Positions 26,606 to 39,090 of a stretch of 64,000 nucleotides of DNA are shown here, in pieces (position 1 is the stretch's first letter; each line of letters begins with the position of its first letter). Below the pieces are notes generated by a model. That model was not told the origin of the DNA and did not search any database. It was given only the letters and a program-made list of their open reading frames with translations. Position numbers and translations under genes: made by a program. This DNA comes from Eledone cirrhosa (Eukaryota): the NCBI GenBank assembly GCA_964016885.1, contig OZ024763.1, forward strand, positions 19,964,001 through 20,028,000, read 5' to 3'.

Positions 26606-28680
26606 AGGAGGAATAATTGTAACTGTAGAAATAAATATATAAATCGAATAATTGTAACTGTAGAAATAAATCCAAATGTCCGTTAAATAACAACTGCTTA
26701 GCTAAAAATGTAGTTTATAATTGTAATGTTAAAACGAATTTAAATTCATTTAATTATGTCGGTTCCACCTCCACAGAGTTTAAATCCCGCTTCAATAATC
26801 ATAAAAATTCTTTTACAGATCCAAACAAAAAAATCTTCAACTTCGCTATCTAGCCTATTATGGGACCTAAAACGAGATAATGTTGAATATTCGCTGATTT
26901 GGAATATTATTTCAAAAGCTACTCCTTTTAATTCCTCTTCAGAAAATTGCGATCTTTGTATAGAGGAAATATTCTTTATATTAAAGACCAAAAATTCCCT
27001 TAATTTAAGGAATAATTTATTCAGTTGCTGCAGACATAGATTGAACTCAACGTTTAAATACAAATATAAATTTAAAATGTAGTATAATTAATTAAGTAAT
27101 TTGGTTAATATATGAAACCTGTCGATAAATCATTAGATTCCTTCACCTTTTTCATTTTCTTTGGTTAAGTACTCAAGTATAAATAAATTTTCTTCCTAAA
27201 TATAAATATAAATATAAATATAATAAACTATTCTAGAAAAGTTTATCCTTTCAATATCTTGAGTAAAATATACGTAAGATAAATTTCTATACTAAATATA
27301 TTAAACATATTATTTTAACTTAAAATATTCTATAATATTTTAAAATATTTTAATATTTTGATATTTGTAGAATTCATTTGTTTTTAGGTTATATTGATAT
27401 AATTATATTTCCAATATATAATCCTTTTGTATTTTATATACTCAATTGTACTATGTAATATATTGATGTATACTTATCTCTATACGACTAAGTATGTATG
27501 TATGTGTATTAACATACATATGCATGTGTTGTATGCATTTTTATGAATATATGTCTGTCTGTGTATATGCATGAGTGACGCGTGTTTACCAATTGGGTGA
27601 AGATGCACACACATGTTTATATATGTATATGTAAGAATTGTGTGTGTACATGTACATGTGTACCCATGCAATTTGATTGCAGATATGCATAATTTAACAG
27701 CCATAATTTAACAGCCATAAATGCATGAAAGTTAATCCTATATATTTATATATATATACTAAAAAATTTTATTTAATAACACAAGGAATATATAGCAGTA
27801 ATAATAAAAAAAATCATTTATCCTTTGTACGTATATATTATATGCCGAAGTAGATATAGTGTGTATTTTCTGAGTGTGTGTGTATATATATATATTTATG
27901 TATTTTTGCGTATATGTACGTGCTATATGATAGGTAATTTCTCTAGCAATATATATATTTCGTAATGTTTAAATTCCAATTTTTAATATATTGATCTCAA
28001 TTTTTAAACTAAATATCTAATCATAACTAAACAATGATTAATTTCTCATATTATATATGTATATTCCATTCATGAATATTAATATTTCTAATTTTATTTA
28101 TTCATTTCATCTCAATTGTTAGCTCAACTTAATATGACATGCCTTAAGGTTTTCGTTCTCTCCCCTCTCTCTATCTCTATATTTCTCTCTCTCGATTTTT
28201 TCTCTCTGTCTGGTGGTTTGATATCTCTCTGTTGTTTTTTCTCTGTTTTCTTGTTTTCTTTTTTCTTTCTTCTTTTTCTTTATTTATCTCTCCCTTTCTT
28301 TTCTCCACTTTTTCTCCACTTTTATCTCTCTCGGTTTCTCTCTCTCTCCGTCTTTTTCCTTCTCCTTAACACAACAACTTACTAAAATAAACAAACCACT
28401 ATCCTGATGTCTTCCAAAAGTAACGGTCGCATTTTCAAAAGGGTACGTCAATGTTTATTTATAAAACTGGTATATATTGTATTTTGTCTGATGAAGGCAT
28501 ACCATAATTTAACATGGTATCCTTGAAATATGTATAATGAAATAAATATGGTTTTATAAATATAGTTTCCATATATTAATATCGTATATTTACTCCAAAT
28601 ACTTGTCGAGTGCTTTATATCAGTTATAAAAATATTTGCTTGTTGTATCCCAACAATTTAAATAGAACTTTTGCATATAG

Positions 28681-28682
<2 letters not shown>
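26606..28682 (+). mobile_element. PLE 3' fragment (GIY-YIG C-terminus plus long 3' UTR/pLTR)
   Basis: TSLSSLLWDLK..IWNIISKATPF..CDLCIEE..LNLR..CCRH is homologous to 53640-53896. HHR at 28480-28544. Related inverted end at 55660-55950. Confidence 0.8.
28480..28544 (+). ncRNA. Type I hammerhead ribozyme
   Basis: TATTTTGT-CTGATGA-AGGcATACCAT..ATGGTATCCTT-GAAA-TATGTA-TA-ATGAAATA. Confidence 0.75.
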
Positions 28683-28713
<31 letters not shown>

Positions 28714-28719
<6 letters not shown>

Positions 28720-28798
28720 GTAGACATTACAATACAATGGGAGGAAACATAACAGTACCACTGATGATGTCACAGGTGTGTGATGAAAGAACTTTGAT

Positions 28799-28877
<79 letters not shown>

Positions 28878-29053
28878 TTATATCTATATTTTTAACCGTT
28901 GGTCAATCAATGATAGACTTTGATTGCCAGATAAATTAATTATAGGGATATAAAAGATACAGAAACAAAACCAATCCAAACCAAACGGTGAGTGTGTTTT
29001 ATTATTATTTCTGGCAATATTATAACAATATGACCCTCCCCAGATATAACAAT
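28714..29053 (+). mobile_element. Short non-autonomous PLE-related element (ATGGCGTAGAC family) with HHR at 28756-28799
   Basis: TACCA-CTGATGA-tGTCACAggtgTGTGAT-GAAA-GAAC-TT-TGATA. Tail shared with the PLE at 5918-6780. Confidence 0.7.
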
Positions 29054-29055
29054 AT

Positions 29056-29115
<60 letters not shown>

Positions 29116-29119
<4 letters not shown>

Positions 29120-29390
29120 GACGTAAAATAAGAAAATTTTAAAATTAACTTACTTACTAAGATTTTCACTCCAACTAATTAGTTTCTGTAAGGGAATAAA
29201 TATAGTTACGTAACGTAACCATAGTGAAATCCTTACGTCATCAGGGAGTCTATTCTCAGCTAAGTTAGTTGGAGTGAAAATCTTAGTAAGTAAGTTAATT
29301 TTAAAATTTTCTTATTTTACGTCTTTCATATAATTGTTCTGCATCCCTGTGCATAGAACCACAAAGGTACTAGGACATAACTTATATATT
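29116..29390. mobile_element. Fold-back PLE pLTR remnant with HHR (29168-29249, minus)
   Basis: Arms 29113-29178 and 29265-29330 are inverted. ACTCC-CTGATGA-cGTAAGG..CCTTACa-GAAA-CTAATTAG-TT-GGAGT. Confidence 0.75.
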
Positions 29391-29436
29391 TGCTAGCATG
29401 GGTATACATCTGTATACATATGTTGGTAGATATACT

Positions 29437-29536
<100 letters not shown>

Positions 29537-29940
29537 ATATATGTGTGTGTAAGTGTTTTTGTATGTGGCTGTGAGTATGTAAATATATTTTATTCTTTCC
29601 ATCCTACAAAAACACTCTGGCCACCTGTGGCTTGTATGTTAACTTGACCACTCACCCCAGTCTGTGCCATGATTCGGTCTTGTTAAATGTTTAATCTCTA
29701 TTACCAACCCACCTAAATTTCCCTACTATATATCTGTTGAATTACTATTCTTGGGGTTTTTATTTATTTATTTTTATTCATTTATTTTTTATTTATTTAT
29801 TTATTCTTTTATCTATTTATTTATTTATTTACTTATTTATTTATTTCAAAAAAGCACTCTGGCTAATTGACCACTCCCCAAAGAAAAAACGGCCTGTGCC
29901 ATGAAGTGGTCCTGTGTACCTAAATACCCCCCCCCCCCCC

Positions 29941-30394
29941 CAACCTGGGACGACTTGATAAATTCCGACCTCACACACTTACACCTCTCCAAGACAATGT
30001 CACTGGACGGAGATCTTTGGCGCTACACAGTAATACAGAAGACCCGCCTTACCTAAGTACAAAGTGAAACCTACTACAGTCAGTAGGCACCTCTAACAAA
30101 ATACACCCCCGTCCCACTACCCCCACCCCATCCACACCACCCCTTTCAATGTAAAGTTATGTTGGTACCACAACATCCAGTCCGAAACAAATGAGGTCGT
30201 GTAGGTGTCACAACAAAAAAACACACAGTCCACGCTGTAATGTGGCCGTGTAGGTAACACGGTAAAAACCTCCCAGTCCACACTGTAAACGTGGTTGGTG
30301 TTAGGAAGGGCATCCAGCCGTAGAAAACCCGCCAGACAGTCCTATGCGAGCAAGACAACTACTCTTGCCTCAAGTGGGAAAACTCCCGTCCAAA
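29941..30394 (+). mobile_element. RTE 3' fragment
   Basis: Nearly identical to ~4910-5363. Confidence 0.88.
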
Positions 30395-30840
30395 CTGCAT
30401 CAGTTGTTAGCTGCCGAGACACTGCATCCTTTAAAGCCTCCATGGAACAAATTAACCTGCATCAGTTGTAAGCTGTCGAGACACTACATCCTTTAAAACC
30501 TCCATGCCTCCCGAAATTCGCCAACACGACACCTGATATTCCCCCTGCATACACACGCACACATGCATCTGTGTCAACCAATAAACGTACTGAAGGCTTA
30601 ACCATTCATCATTGTATTATACGAGGATAATCCCAAAAGTAAGGTCTCCAAAGCGATGGGGACGCAGAGAAACTGTTCGTACGGCTGTTGGCAACACTGT
30701 TGTGATTGGTGCTCGGTTTGGAAGAAACAATTGTAAGTGAATAAATGGTTTCTGACATTTGAACATTATTCTATGTACTAGACATGCACCTTTAACGAGT
30801 TGTAGTGGGCCTGAGCACTGTGCACAATAATTTCATTATT
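30395..30840 (+). mobile_element. CR1/L2-like LINE 3' end interrupted by a mariner-type TIR fragment (~30619-30750)
   Basis: WNKL.ASVVSCRDTTSFK remnant. Tail ..gagcactgtgcacaataatttcattatt also occurs at 32563-32652, 44350-44640 and 44718-44800. TA-CGAGGATAATCCCAAAAGTAAGGTCTCC resembles a mariner TIR. Confidence 0.65.
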
Positions 30841-30949
30841 ATATATATATGTGTGTATGTATGTAAAAGGTAAACAGAAGTAACAACACAATCGCTACAG
30901 TATATGGAAGAGATATATTAGGTTAACGCTTGATATAGCAGGAAGAGGA

Positions 30950-30985
30950 TCTTAACGTTTCAGACACTAGTCCTTCATCAGAAGA
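30950..30985 (-). ncRNA. Minimal type I hammerhead ribozyme
   Basis: TCTT-CTGATGA-aGGACtagtGTCT-GAAA-CG-TT-AAGA. Confidence 0.8.
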
Positions 30986-31945
30986 AAGAATAAGAAATAA
31001 AATAGATTGAAGGGACGGGCGGGATGAAATTGGAAAAAATGTCTCTAGAGAAATATAACAGGTCCATTCATGTTGACATCTCTTGCAAAACTGTTGGTGC
31101 TGGCGTTTTGTGTATGATTTATTTTTAGAAAAGTGGATGATGGAGCGCGTCTACCTGAAATGAAAAAAAAAAACGTTTTGTAAAAAGAGCTATACTTGTG
31201 CATGTGCGTAAGCATGTGTGTGTGTATGTGTTATTATACGTCCGGGTGAAGCTAAGAAGAAATGTGTGTGTATATGTAAGTAAAAGAGCGTGCGTGCATG
31301 TAAGTATGAAGTTATGAGCAAAAGTATGATATATATATATATGTATATATATATATATCTTAGGTAATCACCTATATAACTCACCCACACACACACACCC
31401 AAAAAATGTTTTTCTCGACACGCCACCCACACCCACAACACGCTTAAACCCCACACACACGTGCTTCCCACCACATATCTACACCCTCAGCCTCCTGATT
31501 CCTCTCCCCCCCACCCCACCCCCTATCCACACACGCACAGACACTCCGACCCACAAAAACACCCCCCCACACACCTCTTCCTGAACATGCAACCCCGTTC
31601 TTCCCCCAACCCTCACTTTCACACACACACACACACACACACACCTAACCACACACACCACCTTCAGCCCTCCCCGCTCGGACACCCCGTCTCCCTCTCC
31701 CCACTCCACCCGCCACCACCCTACACACCCCACACCCTTCCACCACCTGTTTACCCCCCTTTTAATTTCAGTTTATTTTGATCATGCCTTTATTTTTAAA
31801 TTTTCTCATTCCTTGTATTTTGATCATGCTTTATTTTTATTTTTTATCTTTATTTGTTATTTTTTCATTCGCACCGTTTCCTTTCGCTATATGTCTCTCC
31901 ACCACTCCCCTACACACCTTTTGAACTCTGTTCCCACACACTTCT

Positions 31946-31979
31946 CACCTGAGGAAGGGCTTATGCCCGAAACGTCGTC
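31946..31979 (+). ncRNA. Minimal type I hammerhead ribozyme (weak stem I)
   Basis: AC-CTGAGGA-aGGGCttatGCCC-GAAA-CG-TC-GT. Confidence 0.65.
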
Positions 31980-32091
31980 CCCCACCTACCCCCCACTCTC
32001 CTGAGCGTGAAATTAATAAACATTTATTGTACTGCCTCTCTGTTTTGTCCCTGTTCAAATTTTTCCATTATATATATATATATATATATAT

Positions 32092-32326
32092 ATAACGAAG
32101 GAAATGTGGTAAGGAACCAGGTGGACCATAACGCACCAAAGTACTCAATACTTGGGGTAGTAGAGTGGGTAATAGGAACCAGTAAGACCCCGACGGCTGA
32201 GCTCAAGCCGTTTCGACGGCTAATTCCGTCGGCTAATTTCGACGGCTAATTCCGACGGCTAATTCCGTCCAGAATTAGCCGTCGAAACGGCTTGAGCTCA
32301 GCCGTCGGGGTCTTACTGGTTCCTAT
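32092..32326. mobile_element. Fold-back PLE tail with the 3' half of an HHR (relative at 17482-17630)
   Basis: Arms 32172-32226 and 32272-32326 are inverted. GAAA-CGGCT..AGCCG-TC. A 13-14-nt stutter sits at the junction. Confidence 0.65.
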
Positions 32327-32357
32327 ATATATATATATATGTATACTTTTTCCACAG

Positions 32358-32522
32358 AGCCACGAAAGCCACTGAACTGCGACGGTACCGATTATTAGAA
32401 CACATCTACAACGACGTGAGGTACATCAACTCAGCTGAAGTGCAGAAGTTTGGTTATAACAACATAACTACGGAGGAACTTTACACATCTGTGGCCCACC
32501 AGAAGGAGGATATGATTATATC
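32358..32522 (+). CDS. DEG/ENaC (ASIC-like) channel, internal exon A (finger region)
   Basis: Acceptor ttttccacag and donor gtgagt. Phase 2-2 open frame (R)ATKATELRRYRLLEHIYNDVRYINSAEVQKFGYNNITTEELYTSVAHQKEDMII(S). The HxxEDMxxSC motif is completed by the next exon. Confidence 0.85.
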
Positions 32523-32654
32523 GTGAGTATCTACATTCTTTGGCTACATCATGTATTTCATGACATTTGTACATTATTCTATGTACTATACATGCACCTT
32601 TGATGAGTTGTAGTGCACCTGAGCACTGTACACAATAAGTTCATTATTATTATT

Positions 32655-32845
32655 TGGATTGGCAGTACCGGTAGAGGGTCGGACGCCATGCTTTCCAGCA
32701 TAGTTACGTCCCTTTACGATCTGAGTTCAAATCCCGCCGAGGTTGACTTTGCCTTTCATCCTTACGGGGTCGATAAAATAAAGTACCAGTAATGCACTGG
32801 GTAATTGCTGGCCTTGTGCCTAAAGTAGAAACAATTATTATTATT
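32655..32845 (+). mobile_element. SINE family A
   Basis: ggattggcagtaccggtagag..gagttcaaatccc..gcctttcatccttacggggtcgataaaataaagtaccag..agaaacaattattatt. Confidence 0.85.
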
Positions 32846-33389
32846 ATCAGAGGTTCTCAAACTTTTAGGGGCCACTCTTCCTCCTTTCTCATGACCAAGT
32901 AATACCATCAGCGCCGTCCTCCACCAATCCTATTTCTAGTGAGACCTGCCTTCATGAAAATTGTAAATAATACATCTATCTATGTACCATTAGAACTCTG
33001 TGACTGCTTGCTTGTTTGTCTGTAATTTAATACAGTTAAAATGGTGCATAATGGGAAAATACTTTGACGCAACGACACACCTCTCACCTGTCGCCGATCC
33101 AGGGAATCGAACTCACGGTCTTGCTATTGTGTGACGAGGACTATCTATATACTACTAAAACTCTGTGATTGCTTGCTTGCTTGCTTGCTTGCCTGTAATT
33201 TAATACAGCCAAAAGAGTGCATAATGGGAAAATACTTGGAAAAGGAAGTTGACCCTGAAATGGGAATACAAATGGAATAAAACAAGTTTCACGTAAATCG
33301 GTATGTGGGTTCCCGAGATATGGGGTTTTTCTGGGTACCTTCATAAATAGAGAGAGCGAGAGAGAGAGAGAGAGACAGAGAGAGAGAGA

Positions 33390-33449
<60 letters not shown>

Positions 33450-33607
33450 ACAGAGAACGAGAATGGAAGAAAGAGAGAGCTGGTGGTGCTGTGTATATAT
33501 ATATGTGAGTGTGTGTGTATATATATATGTGTGTGTGTATATCTGTTTGTGTCTATGACCAGTGTATATAAATCAGACACACACATATATATACACACAC
33601 CCACATG

Positions 33608-33640
<33 letters not shown>

Positions 33641-33910
33641 GTATACACACACATTTATATATATACATACACACACACACACATATATAAATGTATACAC
33701 ACACACATTTATATATATATACATACACACACGTATATATATGGCCTTCCAGTTTCATTTCACATTATATACATGTCTGTGTATATTTTAATTATTTAGA
33801 AATTATTTTTAAGTGAAAGTGACCCAACGGGCTTCAAGTGGTCTCGTATCTATATAAAATCGTTAATTTATATATAATAAATAATATAATATATACTATG
33901 TATATATAAA

Positions 33911-34326
33911 TCTCTATATATAAAACTGAGGAGTACCCAACCGATTGTTTTGAAACTTTACATGTGTATTACTTATGTTTCAGGGAGTGTTATGCACATA
34001 AAAATTTCAACTTTTTCATCCCCGCATTAGGTGAAAAAATGCGTTTTTTCAGCTTTTTAGGGGTATTTTGAGGCGTTAATGTCTAGCCAATTATCCCAAA
34101 ATTTCAAGGCATATTATGCACATAAAAAAAAAATTATTTTCTTGATCCCCTAGGGCCCGCATTTTTCTTGCTTCATCGAGGAAAATCTTAGATTATCCAG
34201 CCATGAGAGTATTCGGTTTATTTTCTTTACATATTGTCCAGGCATGCAGTTTTTCCACGATTAGGTCTGTTGGCGGCCTGTATTCCAAAGTACCTTATCC
34301 CGTGCAACGCCGGGTACCACTGCTAG
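33911..34326 (+). mobile_element. Non-autonomous Helitron
   Basis: 5' a|TCTCTATATATAAAA. 3' hairpin CCCGtgcaacgcCGGG followed by CTAG. Confidence 0.7.
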
Positions 34327-34479
34327 CATTATATATTTTTTATTTTACTATATTTATATATAATATGTATCATTTGATATTTAATATACTATTATATCAT
34401 CTCATTGCTTCCCTGGGGGACGGTAGCGTCCACTTTGAGAACATCATCATCATCATTAGTGCCATGCCCACCATAATTA

Positions 34480-34860
34480 CTTACCATCACCCCCACTGCT
34501 ACTGCCATCACCACCACCACCACCATCACTGCCATCACCACACCACCACCATCACCACCACGACCATCACTGCCATCACCACACCATCACCAACACCACC
34601 ATCACCACCACCACCACTACCACCATCACCAACACCACCATCACTACCACCATCACCACCACCACCATCACATACACCGCCACTACCATCATCACCACCA
34701 CCACCACCAACACGACCACTACCATCATCACCACCACCATCACCAGCACCACCTCCATTACCACGATCACTATTACCACCACCATCACCAGCACTGCCAC
34801 TGTCATGCATGACTATCATCACCAGCACCACCACCAACACTAACACTGTTACAACTATCA
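34480..34860. repeat. (CAC/CAT)n low-complexity tract
   Basis: Directly visible. Confidence 0.9.
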
Positions 34861-34861
34861 T

Positions 34862-35365
34862 CAGTGAAGTAACTGAGAGTACAAAACTCCCTTGGATAGG
34901 ACACCAGTCCATCACAGGGTTAAAGTCTGTCTCAAGACCAGAGGTTCATCAGGCTAGTTCTTATCCCAGTTTCTGTGGCATTAAGCAACTGAGAGTACAT
35001 GACTCTCCCCCTGGACAGGATGCCAGTCCCTCTCAGAGTTAAACCCTCAGCTATTGCTGGTACTCATTTTCAGCTGAGTATACTGGAGCAATGTGAAATG
35101 AAGTGTTTTGTTCCATAACACAACACACAACCCAGTCCAGGAATCGAACCCACGGCATCAGTGTCAGCTTTAGGGCAACTGAGGCCCTGTGCTAGCTAGG
35201 TTATGAGGCCCCTTACTTGGGCCCTGGAGGAGGTAGGCCCTGTAGGTCTACACAGGCAGTCAGGCCAATGAAGCCCTGTGCTTAAGCACACCCAAGCACA
35301 AAGGTAAATCGGGCAGTGCATGGCATTATGATTGTAAGTCCAACACCTTTACCACTGAGCTATAC
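34862..35365 (-). mobile_element. tRNA-derived SINE family C (plus-strand relative at ~63560-63840)
   Basis: tRNA head (ctcagtggtaaagg..ggttcgattcctgg) and core cacttcatttcacattgctccagtatactcagctg. Confidence 0.7.
35159..35318. mobile_element. hAT-type MITE inside SINE C
   Basis: 8-bp TSD cacggcat/catggcat. Imperfect TIRs CAGTGTCAGCTTTA / TAAATCGGGCAGTG. Confidence 0.65.
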
Positions 35366-35624
35366 AAAGAGAGAGAGAAATACTATGCTATCATGGCACT
35401 AACACTAGAGAGGTTGTCATGTCACTGACGCTACTGAAGGGCTCTCACTGCTCTTCCTTGGTTGGTTTTGTCATAGTTTGACCCCTGCATGGCCCAGTAT
35501 GACCTCAGATAGAAAACAGTGGAGGTCAACAAGGGAGGGGTTCCTCTAACAGGAGTGAGAAAGTCCTAGATTTGGATTTGGGTTGTCTCCAATGTCTTGG
35601 GCCCTTGTGACCAATAAAAGAAAT

Positions 35625-36026
35625 GTTAGCAGTATCGGTAGAGCATCAAACAACATGCTTTATGGCATATAGTTATGGCCCTTTACATTCTGAGTTCAAA
35701 TCCCATCGAGGTTAACTTTGCCTTTCATCCTTACAGGGGTCGATAAAATAAAGTACCAGTCACGCACTGGGTCCGATTTAATCGACTTTCCCCGCTCCCA
35801 AAATTGCTGGCCTTGTGCCTATATAAGAAACCATTATTGTGGATTGGCAGTATCGGTAGAGGGTCGGACGCCATGCTTTCCAGCATAGTTACGTCCCTTT
35901 ACGATCTGAGTTCAAATCCCGCCGAGGTTAATTTTGCCTTTCATCCTTACGGGGTCGATAAAATAAAGTACCAGTAATGCACTGGGTAATTGCTGGCCTT
36001 GTGCCAAAAGTAGAAACAATTATTAT
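35625..36026 (+). mobile_element. Two stacked SINE family A copies
   Basis: Two consecutive bodies, the second ending agaaacaattattat ~40 nt before exon B. Confidence 0.85.
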
Positions 36027-36064
36027 CATTATTCCCATTTCTCTCTTCCCACCCTCTTCCTCAG

Positions 36065-36189
36065 GTGTATGTGGGGTTCAGAGGTATGTAGTGACAAGAA
36101 CTTCAAGCAAACCTACACAGACCATGGCGTTTGTTATACCTACAGCCAACGACACGAGGAACATGGTTACAGAAAAGTTCTTTCAACAG
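36065..36189 (+). CDS. DEG/ENaC channel exon B
   Basis: Acceptor ctcttcctcag and donor gtatgt. (S)CMWGSEVCSDKNFKQTYTDHGVCYTYSQRHEEHGYRKVLST(G) matches the CxWxGxxC...FxxxxTxxGxCYTFN signature. Phase-compatible with exons A and C. Confidence 0.92.
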
Positions 36190-36190
36190 G

Positions 36191-37395
36191 TATGTAACAA
36201 TGTTTATTTAATATGTAACAATGTTTATTTAATATGTAACAATGTTTATTTAATATGTAACAATCATTATTTAATATGTAACAATGTTTATTTAATATGT
36301 AACAATCATTATTTAATATGTAACAATGTTTATTTAATATGTAACAATCATTATTTAATATGTAACAATGTTTATTTAATATGTAACAATGTTTATTTAA
36401 TATGTAACAATGTTTATTTAATATGTAACAATCATTATTTAATATGTAACAATGTTTATTTAATATGTAACAATGTTTATTTAATATGTAACAATCATTA
36501 TTTAATATGTAACAATGTTTATTTAATATGTAACAATCATTATTTAATATGTAACAATGTTTATTTAATATGTAACAATCATTATTTAATATGTAACAAT
36601 CTTTATTTAATATGTAACAATCTTTATTTAATATGTAACACTGTTTATTTAATATGTAACAATGTTTATTTAATATGTAACAATGTTTATTTAATATGTA
36701 ACGATGATTATTTAATATGTAACGATGATTATTTAATATGTAACGATGATTATTTAATATGTAACGATGATTATTTAATATGTAACAATGTTTATTTAAT
36801 ATGTAACGATGATTATTTAATATGTAACAATGTTTATTTAATATGTAACAATATTTATTTAATATGTAACAATATTTATTTAACCCTTTAGCATTTAAAC
36901 TGGCTGTATCCAGCCAGAATTCTCTCACCCCTTTCTGTTCGAACCAGCCATAAATGGCTGCTTATACTTATGTTAAAGTATTGTTCTCAAAATAAATAAT
37001 ATCAAAATCTCATAGATTCGATATTATGTGAAATAATTATGTAAGATAAAGCCTTTACCGTGAAAATATAATAGTAAATATAGAGTAATGTAAATGCTAA
37101 GGGGTTCATATGTAACAAATGTTTATTTAATATGTAACAATTTTTATTTAATATGTTACAATGTTTATTTAATGTTATGATGTTATTTAATATGTAACAA
37201 TGTTTATTTAATATGTAATAACGCTTACATAATATGTAATGATGTTTATTTAATACGTAACAAACCTTATTTGATATGTAACAAAGCTGACATAATATGT
37301 AACAATGCTTTTTAAATATGTAATGAGGCTTATATAATTTATAATATATCTTGCATAATATGTAACACTGTTTTCTTTAATATGTAACAAAGCTT
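36191..37395. repeat. 21-bp minisatellite (tatgtaacaatgtttatttaa): ~33 conserved units, then degenerate
   Basis: Directly visible. Starts within the exon B donor and is interrupted by a MITE at 36884-37104. Confidence 0.95.
36884..37104. mobile_element. piggyBac-like MITE (second copy ~42420-42836, with a SINE A insert)
   Basis: ttaa|CCCTTTAGCATTTA ... TAAATGCTAAGGGG|ttca, inserted at a TTAA of the minisatellite unit. Confidence 0.65.
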
Positions 37396-37663
37396 ATCGA
37401 ACCTCTGAAGTCATCACCACTACAGAGATCCGACAAGCTTTTGATTCCAGAGTCGGGCTAAATCGATACAGATCGAACCTTGAACTGATCAATAGCAAAA
37501 TGCGCGTCACTACTCAATAAACGTAATGGAGGCATAACATATCGTGCTTTTTATTATTATTACACTCTGTTTAATACTACACCTCTATACTTAGTGGAAA
37601 CTACACATGGAGTGCTCTCTCTGGTCAACATACAGTAACTGGAGATTGTAATTGCTATATACA

Positions 37664-38534
37664 CAGAGTGAGGACGATATTTGTTCGCAATTTTCAACTG
37701 CTAATTTTATGCAAATTTTTTTTACGTCCGTTGTCACTCTTGTCTTCACAAAAACAGTGACTATATTTCCATTATTTATTTTCAGAATAATTGATTATGA
37801 ATAATTTTGAACCTCCAAATTTGGGGAAGAGACACGGAGTTCTTCTTGGAATCCACGTCGAGAGGACAAATAAGGAAATATCAGACTTTCTCAGCGTCAG
37901 CAGGAGAATGGTGTCTCATCCAAAGACGTGCCCAGAGTCATGCAGACAAAGTTTCCAACGACAACATTGGTCTTAGGTGTCGTCAGTAGTCAAGGTGACG
38001 TCATGCCACCTCAAGCTGAACACCGATGGCTACATCCGCGTTCTGAGCGAGGTAGTAAAGCCCTAGATCAACCAGGTAGCTACAGGTAGGCCGTACGTGT
38101 GGCAGCAAGACTCAGCGCCCTGCCATATCAACCGAAAGACCCAAGCCTGGCTGTCAGAGAACTTTGTCGACCACACTTCACCTGACATCTGGCCTCCCAG
38201 CTCGCCTGACTGCAACCCCCTCGACTTCTTTGTGTGGGGCGCAGTGGAATGAGACACCAACAGATCTAGCTGCAATACGAAAGACGATCTGAAGGCCAGG
38301 ATCACAAGTGCCTTTAGGGGCCTAAGTCAGGGGACAGTGACGAAGGCCTGTAGCCGGTTCCGAGGCCGCATTGAAGCCGTCATCAAAGCCAATGGCGTGT
38401 TTATCGAGTGAGATTGAAAGAACAAGTCATGAAGACAAACTGACCCAAGTTTGATAAATATATCTTAAAAAATAAAACTACTGTGTTATTTTTCCTAGAC
38501 AGTAATCTTGCAAACAAATATCGTCCACACCCTG
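37664..38534 (+). mobile_element. maT (DD37D) Tc1/mariner transposon, internally deleted
   Basis: TIRs CAGAGTGAGGACGATATTTGTTCGCAA / TTGCAAACAAATATCGTCCACACCCTG-TA. WQQDSAPCH..WPPSSPDCNPLDF, with 37 residues between the last two Asp. Confidence 0.88.
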
Positions 38535-38551
38535 TATATATGTATATATAT

Positions 38552-38890
38552 ATCATCATCATCATCATCATTTTTACGTCTGCTTTTCCCTGCTTGCAAG
38601 GCTGGGACGGGAACTGATTCTGGCTTGATTTCTACAGCTGGATGCCCTTCCTAACATCAACCTCATTTACAGTGAGTGCTGGGTGCTTTTTTCCGTGGCG
38701 CCTACACGTCCACTTTACAGTGGAATGATAGGGACCCCAGTCCCTATCATCTCATTTCTACAGCTGAGTAAACTGGAGCAAGGTGAAATAAAATGTCTTG
38801 CTCAAGGAAACAACACATCACCCGGTCTGAGAATTGAACTCACAACCTTTCGATTGCAAGGCCAACAATGCTCTAACCACTAAGCCATGT
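38552..38890 (-). mobile_element. SINE family B
   Basis: Reverse complement of a full family B copy. Confidence 0.85.
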
Positions 38891-38904
38891 ATATACTATA
38901 CCCC

Positions 38905-38936
<32 letters not shown>

Positions 38937-38989
38937 AAATGGGGAGAAGAATACTGCAGGTAGCACATGGATGACATGTAATAAAATAA

Positions 38990-39090
38990 GTCCCTCATCA
39001 GTGATTTGCCGACGATCATAGATATTTCATTGCATTAAAAATCATATACCTCACGTCGGTGCAATAATAACTAAATTAAGTTATTAGGAC
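38990..39090 (-). ncRNA. Candidate non-circularly permuted hammerhead, copy B
   Basis: GTCC-TAATAACT taattt AGTTATTA-TTGCA-CCGACG-tg-AGGTA-TA-TGATTT-ttaa-TGCAA-t-GAAA-TATCT-atgat-CGTCGG-c-AAATCA-CTGATGA-gGGAC. Confidence 0.7.

Noticed and set aside
34203-35042. His/Thr/Pro-rich 279-aa ORF
   Set aside because: It crosses a Helitron end, a (CAC)n tract and a SINE, and has no coherent coding signal.
35977-36928. ORFs with CNNVYLI / NKHCYIL heptad repeats
   Set aside because: They are translations of the 21-bp intronic minisatellite. The true exon (36065-36189) uses another frame and splices out before it.
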